DNA of 64,000 nt from the IMG/VR virus record IMGVR_UViG_3300042894_001948; one strand, given 5' to 3'. Shown piece by piece: positions 39,417-49,620 of the stretch. Under the pieces are notes generated by a model, which worked only from the letters and a program-made list of their open reading frames with translations, was not told the DNA's origin and made no database searches. The position numbers and the translations under genes were made by a program. The stretch comes from a virus. Taxonomy: Duplodnaviria > Heunggongvirae > Uroviricota > Caudoviricetes. The stretch's first letter is position 1, and each line of letters opens with the position of its first letter.

Positions 39417-39708
39417 TATAAATAATCTCCCCAACGATTGGATAACAAGTTGTTACTGCCCATCATCATAATATCATAATTAAAGCTCTTAAAGCTAGAG
39501 CCATCTAAGTGCCACGCATAGTCATGATCAACTGATGTAAAGTGTACTGATTCAGTATCGTCTTCAAGGTCTTCGTACAGCTTAACACTTACAATGGTGT
39601 TGTTGCGTAACTGAACTAATACACTACCTTGTTCTCTACACTTATCGGCTAACTTAGAAGTGAATACATTGTACTCGTCTTTTTTCACAGTCATTGCAGT
39701 GTTTATCA

Positions 39709-40044
39709 TTATGCACCTATATCGTCATTAAGTCTAGGATCAACAAATACGTGTCCGCAATTCTCACACGCTTTTCCATTTACTACATCAGTTGGAATCT
39801 CTTCTCCGCAATCTGGACATACACTGCCTTCATACGACTCGCGTATTACACGCGATTGGACTTCTTTGTGTATTAACCATAACGCGCTTGCTATAGACTC
39901 AGTTGCTTCATCAATTGAAGTAATAAGCTCGTCATTAGTGCCACTAACTAGTGTATCATATACAGTGTCAAGTATCTCTAATACATCGTGTAGTTTGCTT
40001 GCAATGTCGTCATTGCTCATAGGACTAGTATTCGTAGACATCAT
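39709..40044 (-). CDS. Hypothetical protein with C-terminal zinc ribbon
   Basis: CPDCG...CENCGH. Confidence 0.7.
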   Translation of the reverse strand: MMSTNTSPMSNDDIASKLHDVLEILDTVYDTLVSGTNDELITSIDEATESIASALWLIHKEVQSRVIRESYEGSVCPDCGEEIPTDVVNGKACENCGHVFVDPRLNDDIGA

Positions 40045-40296
40045 ATCTCACTCTCTCAAAGTCATCATCAGCTTCGCGTGTGTCAAGTTCAATTGCAATC
40101 ATTTCCAGTTTAAGTTCATCGCCAACTGATCTTGATTGCATTTCACTGTACTGCTCAAACATGGCTTCAAGTTGTTCCCAACTCATAGCGGCTAGTTTGT
40201 TTTTGAATTGTTTGTAATGATAGTGCATAACTGCTCCTAAACTAAGTAAGTAAGCGCATAGTATAACAAACTATGCGCTGGATTGCAAATGGTTTA

Positions 40297-40707
40297 TTAA
40301 TCAAGTGTTACAGTATCTTTGTTACCTAAATGCCATACCCATGTACCACCGTCTTCACCTTCCCATTGGATCTGCCCTGTCATTAAGTGAGCTACCCGTT
40401 TAAAGAATAACTCCTCTTGGCCTCGTTTACTATCATAATTGCAAATTAACACTTCATCAAATGGTCCAAGCTCTGTTTCAAAGCCTAACTCAGTAAGTAC
40501 GTCTTCAACTGACTCTACCGCCTCGTGATAGTTTGCAGGCATCCATGAATACCACGCAGTATGCTTTTCGCCATCGCGATATGCGCCACCACGTTTGAGA
40601 TGGTCATTCTCAGGCTTGTTAAGGTCTTTCCAAATCTGTAACACCTCGTCACGATTCTTAGCTGGAACAGTTGCAGTTGAATGTTTAATCGTTACACAGT
40701 AACCCAT
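40297..40707 (-). CDS. Hypothetical protein
   Basis: AGGAG SD; W.GEDG motif. Confidence 0.7.
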   Translation of the reverse strand: MGYCVTIKHSTATVPAKNRDEVLQIWKDLNKPENDHLKRGGAYRDGEKHTAWYSWMPANYHEAVESVEDVLTELGFETELGPFDEVLICNYDSKRGQEELFFKRVAHLMTGQIQWEGEDGGTWVWHLGNKDTVTLD

Positions 40708-40716
40708 AATAATCTC

Positions 40717-41046
40717 CTAAGCGTAAATTAGTTCAATGCCGTATTTTGCACGGGCTTCGTTAATGTAATCATCAATGCCACTTAATGCAAAGATGTGTTG
40801 GTTCTCAACTACTTTAGCAGTAACCCTTGGATACTTGTGACTGTCAAGTTGGCGGCTATAGTCTTCATACATTCTGTGTGTATAGAAGTTACCTTCACGT
40901 TTAGCAACGGATGCTGAAGTAACTACTGAACCTGATGCGCGTTTCATTGTTGTTAAAGTGAAGCATAATGTATCATCAAGCATTACACTTGATTCTGCTT
41001 TCCATACGCCGTGCATAGTTTTGCCAAGTCTTGTTTCATGTAACAT
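40717..41046 (-). CDS. Hypothetical protein
   Basis: GGAGCG SD. Confidence 0.7.
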   Translation of the reverse strand: MLHETRLGKTMHGVWKAESSVMLDDTLCFTLTTMKRASGSVVTSASVAKREGNFYTHRMYEDYSRQLDSHKYPRVTAKVVENQHIFALSGIDDYINEARAKYGIELIYA

Positions 41047-41237
41047 AACGCGCTCCTAAATTACTATTAAAGTGATTACTAATACTACTAAAATTGCATC
41101 CACAATAGCGAACCCTACTGTGTAGTCGCCTGTTGGAAATAACTTTTTGTATAACGATTGCATATTGTGCTCCTAATTGTTTGTTAGTAAGCGCATAGTA
41201 TAACAAACTATGCGCTGGTATGCAAGTGGTTTTTACA

Positions 41238-41531
41238 TCAGTTGTCTGCTATAACGTGCTCAGGGTGAATGTTAGGCTTAATAGATGCACTCCATTCTCT
41301 CATCCCCATGCGGAACATTATTCGCGTCATACGAATAGTCTTCTTAACTCGATGGTCCTCTACCCATGCTACTTGCAAATATGTCACAGGACCGTTTGTA
41401 CGTGGTGCTGGCATTGTTCTGCCACTCGAGGTGCGCATAGTACGTTGAGGCAATTTGTGAAACAACCGTAACTTAAACTGCAATGGCAATACATTTTTTG
41501 GATACTGCTTTGCTATTGGAATCAAATACAT
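41238..41531 (-). CDS. Hypothetical protein
   Basis: AGGAG SD. Confidence 0.6.
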   Translation of the reverse strand: MYLIPIAKQYPKNVLPLQFKLRLFHKLPQRTMRTSSGRTMPAPRTNGPVTYLQVAWVEDHRVKKTIRMTRIMFRMGMREWSASIKPNIHPEHVIADN

Positions 41532-41704
41532 ACCTACTCCTTACCTTCGAGCTGTAGCTCGTCGTAACGTCCTAAGTTAAATGTCCATGTAGCATTACGA
41601 TCATGTAACCAGTTAGCATACTTTGCAGGCATGAACATCATTAATGGGTGAACGATTACATTGTGAACGAATTCTTTAAACCATTGTTTCATATTGTAGT
41701 CCTC

Positions 41705-41986
41705 TTATTTGCCACGGGCCGCAACCCATACAGTAAATTCAGTTAGCGACATATTATCATCTAACACCATGTTATACACTTCTTCAACTGACAAGCCAGT
41801 GTTAACTTTGCTTGTTACTACTGGTACTAATGTAGTTAGGCTCACAATCATTGTTTTACCATTGTTAAACTCAATGGCTACATTCTTGCCGCCGGCTGGA
41901 TGAAGCTCTCTAATTACTTGCAGGACTCCAGTTTCAAGAATAACTGCATCACCTTTACGCAAATCGTTTACAAACTTATTAGCCAT
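41705..41986 (-). CDS. Hypothetical protein
   Basis: AAGGTG SD. Confidence 0.6.
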   Translation of the reverse strand: MANKFVNDLRKGDAVILETGVLQVIRELHPAGGKNVAIEFNNGKTMIVSLTTLVPVVTSKVNTGLSVEEVYNMVLDDNMSLTEFTVWVAARGK

Positions 41987-42122
41987 TACACATCACCTTC
42001 TACAAGGAACCCTACTAATAGGTGTTCAGGAATAGCTGTTAACAGTTCTTCAATAGCTGTGTAGTCTTGGAACCTAACATCACTTACAATCTGTGCTAAC
42101 ACTTTATCAACTAGTTCTTGAT

Positions 42123-42401
42123 TCATTCTGCATCCTCTTCTTCGTCTTCTTTAACTGGAGCAAGCTCTGCTGATACTAACATATCCCAATCACCTGAGTA
42201 GTCATTATTTTTGATCCATTCAATCATTGCTTCAATGCAACCACTGTTGTCAGCTAGGAAGTTTTCTAATACGCCACCGTAGCCGCTATAGCCAATTGTT
42301 GTAATAATGTTCTTTAAATTGCGAACACCTCGCTCGCCTTCAAAGTGCCAAATGTCTTCTTGTTCAATGTACTGATCAAGTGTGTTACTAAATTTTGACA
42401 T
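42123..42401 (-). CDS. Hypothetical protein
   Basis: Promoter and SD. Confidence 0.7.
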   Translation of the reverse strand: MSKFSNTLDQYIEQEDIWHFEGERGVRNLKNIITTIGYSGYGGVLENFLADNSGCIEAMIEWIKNNDYSGDWDMLVSAELAPVKEDEEEDAE

Positions 42402-42733
42402 AGTGTGCTCCAGTTATTGTGTAAGTAAAAACATATTATAGCAAATTGCTATTGATAACGCAAGTGGTATTTAAATCAATTACTCTCCATACTAACATAG
42501 CTAATACACCAAGCCATGCGATATACACGAGAACCGTTAATGCTTTCATTACATCACCATATTTAATTTGTAACCACATGCTCTTGCTTTAGCCCTGGCT
42601 TTAGATATAGCTTGGGTCTTAGAATCACCTGTAAAGTAGAACTTATCCATACTAACTTGGTTGGGCACAGGTACATACAGTTTAACTGTGTACCCAGATG
42701 TTGAGTGTCTAAGAACTTCTGCGTCTACTGGAA

Positions 42734-43081
42734 TCATGCTGCAACCTCACTATCTAATTCGTAGTTCAATTCAAACAACTCGTTAGCTAAAACTTCCTTA
42801 AAGTTTTGATACTTGTCATTTTCACTTGTGTTAATGTGAAAGTCAAAGTAATCTGCACGGCCGGGTTGGCTTTCAATTTTACGATCACCGATCTTAATGC
42901 TAAAGATGTTGTAGCTACCTTGGAAGTTAAATCCTACACGTCCGTACTCTGTTAAGTCATCTGGACGTTGAATGCTCCAATAACCCATGTTGCTAACTGA
43001 TTTAACAGTTACTGGTTCAAACCCATACTTTTCAAATGTGTTGTGGATGTCAGTAGTGATTTTATCTTGTATTGATGGCAT
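42734..43081 (-). CDS. Hypothetical protein
   Basis: Promoter and SD. Confidence 0.7.
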   Translation of the reverse strand: MPSIQDKITTDIHNTFEKYGFEPVTVKSVSNMGYWSIQRPDDLTEYGRVGFNFQGSYNIFSIKIGDRKIESQPGRADYFDFHINTSENDKYQNFKEVLANELFELNYELDSEVAA

Positions 43082-43154
43082 AGTAAGCTCCACAGTTGTT
43101 TAAGTAAAAACATATTATAGCAAACTGCTATTGATAACGCAAGCGGTATTTAAA

Positions 43155-43589
43155 TCAATACTCAATTGAACGTACAATGGTTACTTGATCGTCCATGCCA
43201 GTATTAAAGCGTTCTTCTTCGTTGTCATCCATATCTTCACCTATTCTAACATACTCGCCATACAGTATAGAATCTTCATCGTCTGTATTTTCAGTATCCT
43301 CTTCTCCGATCTCTTTAGCTTTCTTAAAGATGGCCTTAAAGTAATCTACTAATGGATATCCATCGTACCATTTAACACAGTGTGCAAAGAAGAAAAACGA
43401 TGCTTCATCTTCTTCGTCTTCCCAAAGGCTACGATCTAAATTCTCTTCGGAATGCGCAATTAAGTTTCTAACATTTTCTTGTTGCTCATCGTCTAACTTA
43501 ATCAACTCAGCGTCAGCAAAGTCTTTTACCTTTTGTACTTTTTCTTTGTTACCATAGATCTTAATTGCAATGTCTGAACGATATCCCAT
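43155..43589 (-). CDS. Hypothetical acidic protein (MGYRSD...VKWY...RIGED family)
   Basis: Promoter and SD. Confidence 0.75.
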   Translation of the reverse strand: MGYRSDIAIKIYGNKEKVQKVKDFADAELIKLDDEQQENVRNLIAHSEENLDRSLWEDEEDEASFFFFAHCVKWYDGYPLVDYFKAIFKKAKEIGEEDTENTDDEDSILYGEYVRIGEDMDDNEEERFNTGMDDQVTIVRSIEY

Positions 43590-43670
43590 TGTGTACTCCT
43601 AGTTGTGTGTAAGTAAAAACATATTATAGCAAACTACTTGCTGGTATGCAAGTAGTTTTTATATCAACGT

Positions 43671-43747
43671 TGGCCTGCCTAACGGGACTTGAACCCATAG
43701 CCTTTCCCTTAGGAGGGGAACGCTCTGTCCATTTGAGCTATAGGCAG
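43671..43747 (-). tRNA. tRNA-Arg(CCT)
   Basis: Cloverleaf: anticodon arm TTCCC-CTCCTAA-GGGAA, GGTTCAAGTCC T-arm, encoded CCA. Confidence 0.92.
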
Positions 43748-44335
43748 TTATCGTTTACTTGATGATAAACGACTCATATTCATACTGCTAGATGTTCTAG
43801 GAGCAGGGGTACTTGGACGTGGTGCATAACTAGAGGACTGCGATAGCTTGTTCATATCCATTCCACTTGCTCTTGGCGCCGCAGGAGCAGGAGCTTGTAC
43901 TACTGGAGAAGGGGGTGGTGCAAACGATGTAGTAGGTGCTGCAGGGGCTGGATGGTTATTTACAATAACTGTCTTATGCTCTACAATACGTTCAGCCGGT
44001 GCGCTATTACTGCCGCCATTAAACCCACCTGACAATGCGTGCCCAATCAACGCACCTGTAGCCAAGTTAGTTAAGGTGTTATCTTGATGTGGGGCTTGTA
44101 CTACAACAGGAGCTGCAGGCTGTTGAATAACTTGAGGCTGCGGTGCATACTGTTGAGGTTGTTGGAATTGTTGTTGCTGTTGGATCTGGGCCTGTTGTAC
44201 TTGTTGAGCCTGGAGCTGTTGGATCTGTGCTTGTTGCTCTTTCATCAGCCTGGCTTGCTTTTCTTCAGCACTCTCGCCACAAGCCGTTAATGCCAACGCT
44301 GTTATAATAGCTAATGCCAATGTAGTTTGTTTCAT
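43748..44335 (-). CDS. Lipoprotein, Gln/Pro-rich
   Basis: Lipobox LALTACG after hydrophobic signal. Confidence 0.8.
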   Translation of the reverse strand: MKQTTLALAIITALALTACGESAEEKQARLMKEQQAQIQQLQAQQVQQAQIQQQQQFQQPQQYAPQPQVIQQPAAPVVVQAPHQDNTLTNLATGALIGHALSGGFNGGSNSAPAERIVEHKTVIVNNHPAPAAPTTSFAPPPSPVVQAPAPAAPRASGMDMNKLSQSSSYAPRPSTPAPRTSSSMNMSRLSSSKR

Positions 44336-44345
44336 AGTGTCTCCG

Positions 44346-44561
44346 TTATAGTAATGGGAATATAAACGCGTTGAGCAGTAAGAATACACCGCCTACAATT
44401 AAGATAAATCCAAATACAATTTGGTTATCTATTTTACACGTTTTATCTACTGACACTGGTTTAATGCCAGGCTTCATGTTCTCATGATTGTTACACCCTT
44501 GTCCGCAACATACCGGCTCTGCAGGTTTTGTTTTGTTTTTGTTAGTTTCTTTTAAGGCCAT
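44346..44561 (-). CDS. Small membrane protein
   Basis: Promoter and SD; P..CCGQGC; C-terminal TM. Confidence 0.65.
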   Translation of the reverse strand: MALKETNKNKTKPAEPVCCGQGCNNHENMKPGIKPVSVDKTCKIDNQIVFGFILIVGGVFLLLNAFIFPLL

Positions 44562-44774
44562 ACTACTTGCTCCTGTGTTGTAAGTAAAAATATATTATAG
44601 CAAACTGTTATTGATGTGTAAAGAGTTAAAACGCTCTTTTCGTTGCGTATTTAGCGCGTGTTGTGTTGTGTATAGTGTAGCATTAAACACAAAAATACCC
44701 GCGTTAAAACGCAGGTATCCTATGCTTTTTTTTGGAGTTTTTTGTTGTTTGTTGCGTAATTTAGCAACAGTTGT

Positions 44775-44849
44775 TGGACTTAACGACCCGATTTGAACGG
44801 GCACCTTAAGGCTTTGCAGGCCCACGCACTACCGTTATGCTACGTCAAG
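44775..44849 (-). tRNA. tRNA-Cys(GCA)
   Basis: Anticodon loop CTGCAAA, U73 discriminator, encoded CCA. Confidence 0.88.
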
Positions 44850-44855
44850 ATTAAA

Positions 44856-45008
44856 GGATACCTAAGGATGGGCTCGAACCATCAACTCCCCGGGTATGCA
44901 GGGCAGTTTTGTTAAGCCTAACTATATCGCGATTATAGTTTCAACAACTTAACGCTACTGGGCGTGTACAAATAACGCCAACTCTTGCCAATTGAGTTAC
45001 TTAGGTAT
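44856..45008 (-). ncRNA. tRNA-like RNA (~150 nt) with intact acceptor, D and T arms and a large structured insert
   Basis: ACCTAAG/CTTAGGT acceptor; ACTC-AATTGGCAA-GAGT D-arm; GATGG-TTCGAGC-CCATC T-arm. Confidence 0.7.
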
Positions 45009-45027
45009 AAAATGATTAAAATTGTTA

Positions 45028-45104
45028 TGGTGGGCCACACAGGACTTGAACCTGTAACCTACCGATTATGAGTCGGGCGCACTAACCAATTGTGCTAGAG
45101 GCCC
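45028..45104 (-). tRNA. tRNA with CAT anticodon (Ile2-like; Met not excluded)
   Basis: CCGA-CTCATAA-TCGG anticodon arm, GGGCC acceptor, encoded CCA. Confidence 0.88.
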
Positions 45105-45235
45105 CCATAACAATCTTTGTAATCTATTTAGTTTTAAAAGTAATGCCGCCTACTTGATTAAAGTAGTTTAAAAGATGCAGTTCAATTCAATCAGGTATCA
45201 CCTGCACTGCACCCTTACGGCATTTGTACTACTTT

Positions 45236-45745
45236 TTAGAAAGGTTGATCTTCTGTATCAAATTCTTCAGCAACTGCATCTTCATATACAGTCGGAGGAA
45301 CAAGCCCTACTGACTCATACAAGTTAGTTAAGTCAACTGGAGTCTCTACAAGATCCTCAACTACCTCAGCTACTGCTTTTTTAACTTTGGGCTCTTTAGG
45401 AGCTTTAGCTGGCTTTGGTGGCTTAGGAGCTTTAGCTGATAAGAAGTCATCAAACGCTTGTTGTGCATCAATGTCCTCAAAGAAGGTTTTTAATGATTCG
45501 TCTTCAATTTCATCATTAGTTGGTAAACTAATTAAGTATTGTACTGCTTCCATTTTAGTCATTGCGTTAGGCAACTCAATTAAACGTATGTCAGTGTGTT
45601 CGTTTGCTTGTAGCACTTTCACACGATCTAAATTGTTAGCGTGTCTAACTTTGTACTCACCTTTTAAGCAAGATACCCCTGCGACAGTAAATGTTTTTTC
45701 CGCAGTTGTAGTAGCAGGAACTGTAGATTCAATAGTTGTAGTCAT
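45236..45745 (-). CDS. Hypothetical protein, paralog of 27668..28075, with PK-rich linker
   Basis: Promoter and SD; sequence identity with paralog. Confidence 0.8.
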   Translation of the reverse strand: MTTTIESTVPATTTAEKTFTVAGVSCLKGEYKVRHANNLDRVKVLQANEHTDIRLIELPNAMTKMEAVQYLISLPTNDEIEDESLKTFFEDIDAQQAFDDFLSAKAPKPPKPAKAPKEPKVKKAVAEVVEDLVETPVDLTNLYESVGLVPPTVYEDAVAEEFDTEDQPF

Positions 45746-45837
45746 TTTGTACACTCCTAAATAAAATTAAAAAAGTAAAGCAATTTAAAAAAACATATTA
45801 TAGCAAATTAAAACTGACTTGTAAAGAAGTATTTACA

Positions 45838-46179
45838 TCAGTTACCCCAACAAATAGTTGTTACAGGGTCATCGCTAACAAATTCAAACTCTGTGTCAAA
45901 CCCAAGTTCTTCATAATGACGATTGATGTTTTCTATAACATAGTCTAATATTTCTTGTGTCTGTGCTTCAACGTACACTGTATCTTTACCTTTAGTGTGC
46001 CGCCATACACTAACATGGTGAACAACATCAACTTCACCGGATGTGTGGCCGTTTTCAGCTTTTAGTTTAATTACTCCGTTTATACGATCAATCACAGACT
46101 CTGTTAGTTTCTCTATCATAATAGCTTGAACCTCGCGGCCAAGTTCAATTGCTTGAATTGCAGTAAGTTCATTTAACAT
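45838..46179 (-). CDS. Hypothetical protein
   Basis: Promoter and GGAGCG SD. Confidence 0.65.
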   Translation of the reverse strand: MLNELTAIQAIELGREVQAIMIEKLTESVIDRINGVIKLKAENGHTSGEVDVVHHVSVWRHTKGKDTVYVEAQTQEILDYVIENINRHYEELGFDTEFEFVSDDPVTTICWGN

Positions 46180-46248
46180 ATTACGCTCCGCAGTTTGTGT
46201 AAGTAAAAACATATTATAGCAAACTTATTTTGGTGTTGCAAGTAGTAA

Positions 46249-46548
46249 TTACATCGCAACCCAACCAAATGAGTCACATAAGTAATCAGTACCATCAACT
46301 TCTACTACATCGCCCACTGACACTGAACGATGTCTTCCATAAAATCTATTACGATCTTCTTCGCGACTTGGATTGTTAGTTAAGTCAAACGCCTCTTCAG
46401 CTGCTTCAATGCCAGCTTCAGTCAATGTGATTGGGTAGTGTTGAGTGTATAATGGCAACCAGGCTTTAGCATACTTAACTTTATTTTCCGCAAAGTAGAG
46501 TTCTGCGAGTAGTTTAGTTGGGGCAAGTTTAATAATAACTTTTGACAT
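46249..46548 (-). CDS. Hypothetical protein (RSVSVGDVV, YodL-like motif)
   Basis: Promoter and SD; RS.SVGDVV...Y.CDSFGW. Confidence 0.65.
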   Translation of the reverse strand: MSKVIIKLAPTKLLAELYFAENKVKYAKAWLPLYTQHYPITLTEAGIEAAEEAFDLTNNPSREEDRNRFYGRHRSVSVGDVVEVDGTDYLCDSFGWVAM

Positions 46549-46621
46549 TTTGCGCTCCGCATTGCTTGTTAGTAAGCGCATAGTATAACAAACTATGCGC
46601 TGGTTTGCAAGTGATTTTTAA

Positions 46622-46912
46622 TTAGTAATAGAACCGTCTCGTGCAATCTGTATCTTTAAATCGTTCGTTGTAGTCTTCTGGAACACCATGCGTTGTGCCC
46701 GGTATATTGCGTATTCCTGGACGTACACCTTCTGGGCAATCAACACTAAACAAGTAATTGAATCCTCTGTAATTACCTGAGTCATGTAATACACGTTCAA
46801 TCATTAAAATGATGCCATTGCGCCATGGTGCGTTGCCATGATCTGCTTTGAGCATTTCATTTGCATAGAGTCTTAATTCCTCTACGTTTACTGTTTTTCT
46901 TGACTTTGGCAT
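46622..46912 (-). CDS. Hypothetical protein
   Basis: AGGAG SD; LH.SGNY.GF.Y motif. Confidence 0.7.
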   Translation of the reverse strand: MPKSRKTVNVEELRLYANEMLKADHGNAPWRNGIILMIERVLHDSGNYRGFNYLFSVDCPEGVRPGIRNIPGTTHGVPEDYNERFKDTDCTRRFYY

Positions 46913-47123
46913 AGTGTATTCTCCTATGGCTCAATTTCTTGATCAAGTGTAGTTTCAAAACTCATGTACTTTAATAGTTTTTCACCATCTTCAAGTTGGT
47001 CATCAATCGCTTCACAAATCCAGTTTACAGGATCAACATCAGTTTGAATTAAGAATGAAACTTTGTATAGTTTTGGCATAGTGCGCTCCACATTGTTTGT
47101 TAGTAAGTGCATAGTATAACAAA

Positions 47124-47501
47124 CTATGCGCTGAATTGCAACTGTTTATTAATCGCAACGTTTCCGAGCACTCTGTTTACAAAGTCTTGAGCGTCTTCGT
47201 CTACTTTTGTCAAGATGTAGCCGGAGCCGTCAACTAAGTCTATATAACATACTTGAGCGTTGATGCCTGCAATTTTTAATGCTTCATTCATCTTGCTAAA
47301 AGCATACTCTGCACCGGCTGTAAAGGCGTCTATCTCTTCTTCTGTTACGTCTTCATAGCCGTAAACTGCCATGTCTTCTTCAACAGTTTCAAAGTCATAT
47401 ACAATTGACTTGTTGATTTCATCCCAGACTGCACGATCCTCTGGATCAAAGTAATCGCCATCGCTAAGATCAAGTTCAGGGAAGTTATAAGTAGTAGACA
47501 T
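47124..47501 (-). CDS. Hypothetical acidic protein
   Basis: Promoter and SD. Confidence 0.7.
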   Translation of the reverse strand: MSTTYNFPELDLSDGDYFDPEDRAVWDEINKSIVYDFETVEEDMAVYGYEDVTEEEIDAFTAGAEYAFSKMNEALKIAGINAQVCYIDLVDGSGYILTKVDEDAQDFVNRVLGNVAINKQLQFSA

Positions 47502-48301
47502 TTTGTAAGCTCCGTAATTGTTTAACTAAAAACATATTATAGCAAAGTGCTTGCTGGATTGCAAGTGATTTTTAAATCTTATTTCAAAATTGTTTTGAGA
47601 TTATCAAAGTCAATATCTCTAAATCGAATTGCGTATTGATCGTGAGTTTCTTCATTGTAGCAATAGACCATTTCTTCATCAAATGGTACTGCTTCAATAA
47701 TACACCAATCACCATTTATCTTAGCTTTGGCTGCGGCTTGCAATAGTTGTCTAAGTTCTTTATTCTTGTTAACCAACCCTTGAAAGTGTTCTTTGTGAAT
47801 GTTAAGTGGCATACTATTCGTCCTCTTCGTTGTCGTCTTCATCTTCATCTGGAGGTAAGTCAGCTAATGTTAGCACACCCTCTGAATACCAATCATACAT
47901 CCAACTGTATTGTTGCTGTTTGATAAACAACTTAGCAGCTTCAGGTGAATCAAATATTCCACAGCTACGATCACCTTCGCCGGAACCATCATTGTAGTAA
48001 ACTGGAAAAACTTTCATGCTATCTCCTCTAACATCATCTCAACTTCTTCTGCGTAAGCGTTTGGACGCTCTTCTTTCAACTCGTTACATCTTGGACATTC
48101 TTGTATAGCAACGTGATGTATCCAGTTAGTTAATTCGCCAGGGCAACTACATTCCCAGTAGCTAAAATTTAGTGTTATACCGTAGCAATGTTCTAATACT
48201 TCGCCACGGTTATTGAAACTGTAAGTTAAAGACATTGTGCGCTCCAAACTTTATTAAGTAAAAACATATTATAGCATTTACAGCGGGGTGTGTAAAGAAG
48301 T

Positions 48302-48550
48302 TTATATATCACGTACTGGAAGTGCAACATAAAAGGTATCTATCATATGTAAATAGTCTTCGTTATCACCTAACGCCCACGGACTAATATCTGGAGCATA
48401 GCGTTGCCACTCAATATCTGTTGGCATTCGCCATCCTGTACTTCCCTCTTGATTATAAAAGAAACAGTACAAAACGGCTTCGTCATATGTCATTGGGTTT
48501 TCACTCGGAATACCAAGTTGAATAGTACATGGCGCATTAACTTCGATCAT
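48302..48550 (-). CDS. Mini DUF1566/Lcl-like paralog (dispersed)
   Basis: YDEAVLYC..GWRMPT..PVRD. Confidence 0.75.
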   Translation of the reverse strand: MIEVNAPCTIQLGIPSENPMTYDEAVLYCFFYNQEGSTGWRMPTDIEWQRYAPDISPWALGDNEDYLHMIDTFYVALPVRDI

Positions 48551-48583
48551 AATTCCTCCTACGCGTACAGCGGGGCCTTATTA

Positions 48584-49561
48584 TTAAAACTCCCACATTT
48601 CGTCAAACTTTGAGTCAGGGGTTGGTTTTGCGTTTTCTATTGCTTTCTTAGCTTTAGCTGATTGTTTAGGTTCTTTAACCTTTTTAACTTTAACAGGTTT
48701 ATCCTTAGTTAGTTTGTTAAGATCATATAAGTCAGTACGTTCTTTTGGAATCATAAACCGATCCATCATCTTTTTAACATAGCACCATTCTGTACCTCTA
48801 ACAATACCATCTGCTGTAGTGATCACATAGTCGCGCTCGGTAAAGAAGTCCATTAAGTCTTGAATAGTGTTGCCAAATGCTCTCGGTTGCGTTTCAACAC
48901 ATTCGACTTGTACAATAGGTCGATTAGTTAATAGTGTGTTAGTTGCACCTTGCAATACATTAAGTTCATATCCTTCGACATCAATTTTAATAATATCTAC
49001 ATCAGTAAAGTTATAACTGTCTAACATCAACTGTGGAACACTTACACGTTGATATCCGGTATTAACTTTAACCTCTTTACCTGTAACTGTTTTATACCCA
49101 TCGTTGCTTACACGATTGTGGCCGTCATTCTTTTTAATGTGCATTTCAACATTTCCTGCTTCTGGTCCTAATGCTACATTGTAAGTATTGATTCGGCCGG
49201 TAATTGCTAAACTTGCCCAAGTGCCATCGTTATTTTTCCACCAACCCGTTGCAGGATCTTGATGATGTTGATTTAGTGCAATGTTATCTAAACCCACTTG
49301 ATATGTAGTTGGCACAGGCTCAAAACTATGTACCTCTTGTGCAAACGTAGCATACTCCCAAGTGTTCATACCAATATTCATACCAATGTCTAAAATCTTT
49401 CTAGGGTTAGGACATAACTCTCTTAAGTGTATCAGGTTTTGCTTTTGATATGGTCCTGCTTGTAATCGTTGAGTATAGAAACTGTCGCTATCCCATACCC
49501 ACATTTGTCTACCTATCTTATTTGTAATTAAAATCTTTTGTGTTTGTGCGTCAATTGTCAT
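48584..49561 (-). CDS. FkbM-family SAM-dependent methyltransferase
   Basis: LDIGMNIG, SFEP, NVALG, IKIDVEGYE..VLQGA. Confidence 0.88.
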   Translation of the reverse strand: MTIDAQTQKILITNKIGRQMWVWDSDSFYTQRLQAGPYQKQNLIHLRELCPNPRKILDIGMNIGMNTWEYATFAQEVHSFEPVPTTYQVGLDNIALNQHHQDPATGWWKNNDGTWASLAITGRINTYNVALGPEAGNVEMHIKKNDGHNRVSNDGYKTVTGKEVKVNTGYQRVSVPQLMLDSYNFTDVDIIKIDVEGYELNVLQGATNTLLTNRPIVQVECVETQPRAFGNTIQDLMDFFTERDYVITTADGIVRGTEWCYVKKMMDRFMIPKERTDLYDLNKLTKDKPVKVKKVKEPKQSAKAKKAIENAKPTPDSKFDEMWEF

Positions 49562-49620
49562 AAAATCTCCTTAGTATTATTATATATGGTCTTGCTGATA
49601 AAAGCAAGACAAACCTGATC

